This document shows, one piece after another, positions 62,908-64,000 of a stretch of DNA of 64,000 nucleotides. Each line of letters begins with the position of its first letter. Within the stretch, counting starts at the first letter, position 1. Origin of the DNA: an uncultured virus (IMG/VR IMGVR_UViG_3300025057_000006). Taxonomy: Duplodnaviria; Heunggongvirae; Uroviricota; Caudoviricetes. The stretch lies in IMG/VR virus record IMGVR_UViG_3300025057_000006; one strand, written 5' to 3'. A program made the position numbers and the translations under genes. The notes under the pieces are model-generated. The model saw only the letters and a program-made list of their open reading frames with translations, was not told where the DNA came from and ran no database searches.

Positions 62908-64000
62908 CGGAAGAATAATCCACCCGCTTCTGTAAGGCCTAGCTCAGGAAAGCGTACTTCACCAAAGGGAGTGGGGAATTTCCACCTGGAACCACGACGA
63001 CGAGCAGCTTCCGCTCTAAGCAACTGCGGATTTGCGCTTGGACCTTGCGCGTTATATGCCTCAGGACTTTGTTGACGTTCTATAGATTGTTGTCGTGTAG
63101 ATGGTTTAGCACTTCCACCTAATTGAGAAACAACAGCAACAGGATTCGCAACGCGTAAAGCACCAGCTGCTACCGGAAGAACAGCAGCAGTTGTCGCAGG
63201 CGCTAAACGTTGAGCGAGTCCAGCACCTGCCCCGACTACTGGAGCAGCCGCTGTCCCAATTGCATATTCAGTAGCAACTTGACGAGCTGCTTTACCTGCA
63301 TCACCTTGTTCAATAGCTTGCCTGAAAGCTGGATCAAACAATGGAACAGAGCCTGCAAGGTCTGTTGTTGTGTTAAAACCGGTTCGGATTGCTTGCGTAA
63401 TGTTTGGCAGAGCTTTATTGTATGCTTCGATTTGTTTTGCCTTAGCGGCCACATCAGTTAATACTTCTCTCGGATCTATGCCTGCACCTTTAAATACGTT
63501 AGTAGTAAAGTTAACAGGATCTAAATTAGCTTGCGATCCCAAGTTTGGAGGATTTAAGTACATTCTTCCTGTTTGACTTAAGTCCAATGGAGCAGCAGCC
63601 GTAACCCCGCGCATTCCAGGTTGAGCACCACGCGCTGTAGTAAATGCTTCACCAAGAGTTGTTTTAAGGTTTATATCATCTTTTATTTCTTCAAAGAAAT
63701 TTGGATTGTTGTAAGGTGATATCAATCTATTGCCCACGTCACTAACTGCTACAGTAACAGGCGCAATGGTACGTGGATAAGGTCTACGTGGTTCAGGTCC
63801 AAGGGTGTCTTCTAAAACATCGCGTGTTGTACGACCACCAATAGCTTTATCCCCTAATAAAGCTTGATACACACGCAAATCTCTTTGGAATTCAGGGGAC
63901 TCTACTTCAATTCCTTGGGCTTTAAGACTGTTAATTGTTTCAGGTAAATAACCTACTTTGCTTATTTCTTTTAAAGCATCCGCTTTGGCCTCCCATTGTT
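62904..64000 (-). CDS. Ala-rich hypothetical protein (5' end probably outside the window)
   Basis: ORF track 62904..63878; frame appears to continue to the edge. Confidence 0.75.
   Translation of the reverse strand, partial: QWEAKADALKEISKVGYLPETINSLKAQGIEVESPEFQRDLRVYQALLGDKAIGGRTTRDVLEDTLGPEPRRPYPRTIAPVTVAVSDVGNRLISPYNNPNFFEEIKDDINLKTTLGEAFTTARGAQPGMRGVTAAAPLDLSQTGRMYLNPPNLGSQANLDPVNFTTNVFKGAGIDPREVLTDVAAKAKQIEAYNKALPNITQAIRTGFNTTTDLAGSVPLFDPAFRQAIEQGDAGKAARQVATEYAIGTAAAPVVGAGAGLAQRLAPATTAAVLPVAAGALRVANPVAVVSQLGGSAKPSTRQQSIERQQSPEAYNAQGPSANPQLLRAEAARRRGSRWKFPTPFGEVRFPELGLTEAGGLFFR

Noticed and set aside
6311..64000. Stop-codon reassignment
   Set aside because: Genes are full length and densely packed under the standard code; no suppressor tRNA seen

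Overview
The whole window is part of a dsDNA tailed-phage genome. The host is very probably a freshwater picocyanobacterium, inferred from NblA-like, HLIP-like and CP12-like genes and from cyanobacterial-style expression signals without Shine-Dalgarno sequences. Layout: (i) 1-5700, a minus-strand block of about 20 tiny early-type genes whose spacers carry three recurring families of predicted structured RNA elements and ACTCAA-rich leaders; (ii) 6311-36167, a mostly plus-strand virion block with many low-complexity internal/ejection-type proteins, large terminase, portal (overlapping the scaffold gene by 566 nt), major capsid protein and several peptidoglycan hydrolases, plus a degenerate integrase-like/Xis-like pair, an HNH gene and nblA; (iii) 36155-39702, DUF3310, dCTP deaminase, a degenerate Dam-like MTase and an HTH protein; (iv) 40139-46715, tail fibre, beta-propeller protein, chaperone and endolysin; (v) 46879-56009, a mostly minus-strand replication block (prim-pol/SF3 helicase, speD, GT4, HNHs, PD-(D/E)xK nuclease, candidate origin); (vi) 56056-59674, an Fe-S/HLIP/GT2/epimerase/RfbH sugar cluster; (vii) 60079-64000, a split DUF5872-like gene, a structured leader and an ncRNA cassette (two structured RNAs, a tRNA-like RNA with an aberrant anticodon arm, tRNA-Pro). 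The most novel-looking signals are RNA-level: the covarying spacer motifs of the early block and the ncRNA cassette. All protein calls come from motif recognition by eye and all RNA folds from manual base-pairing; no database search or folding program was run.
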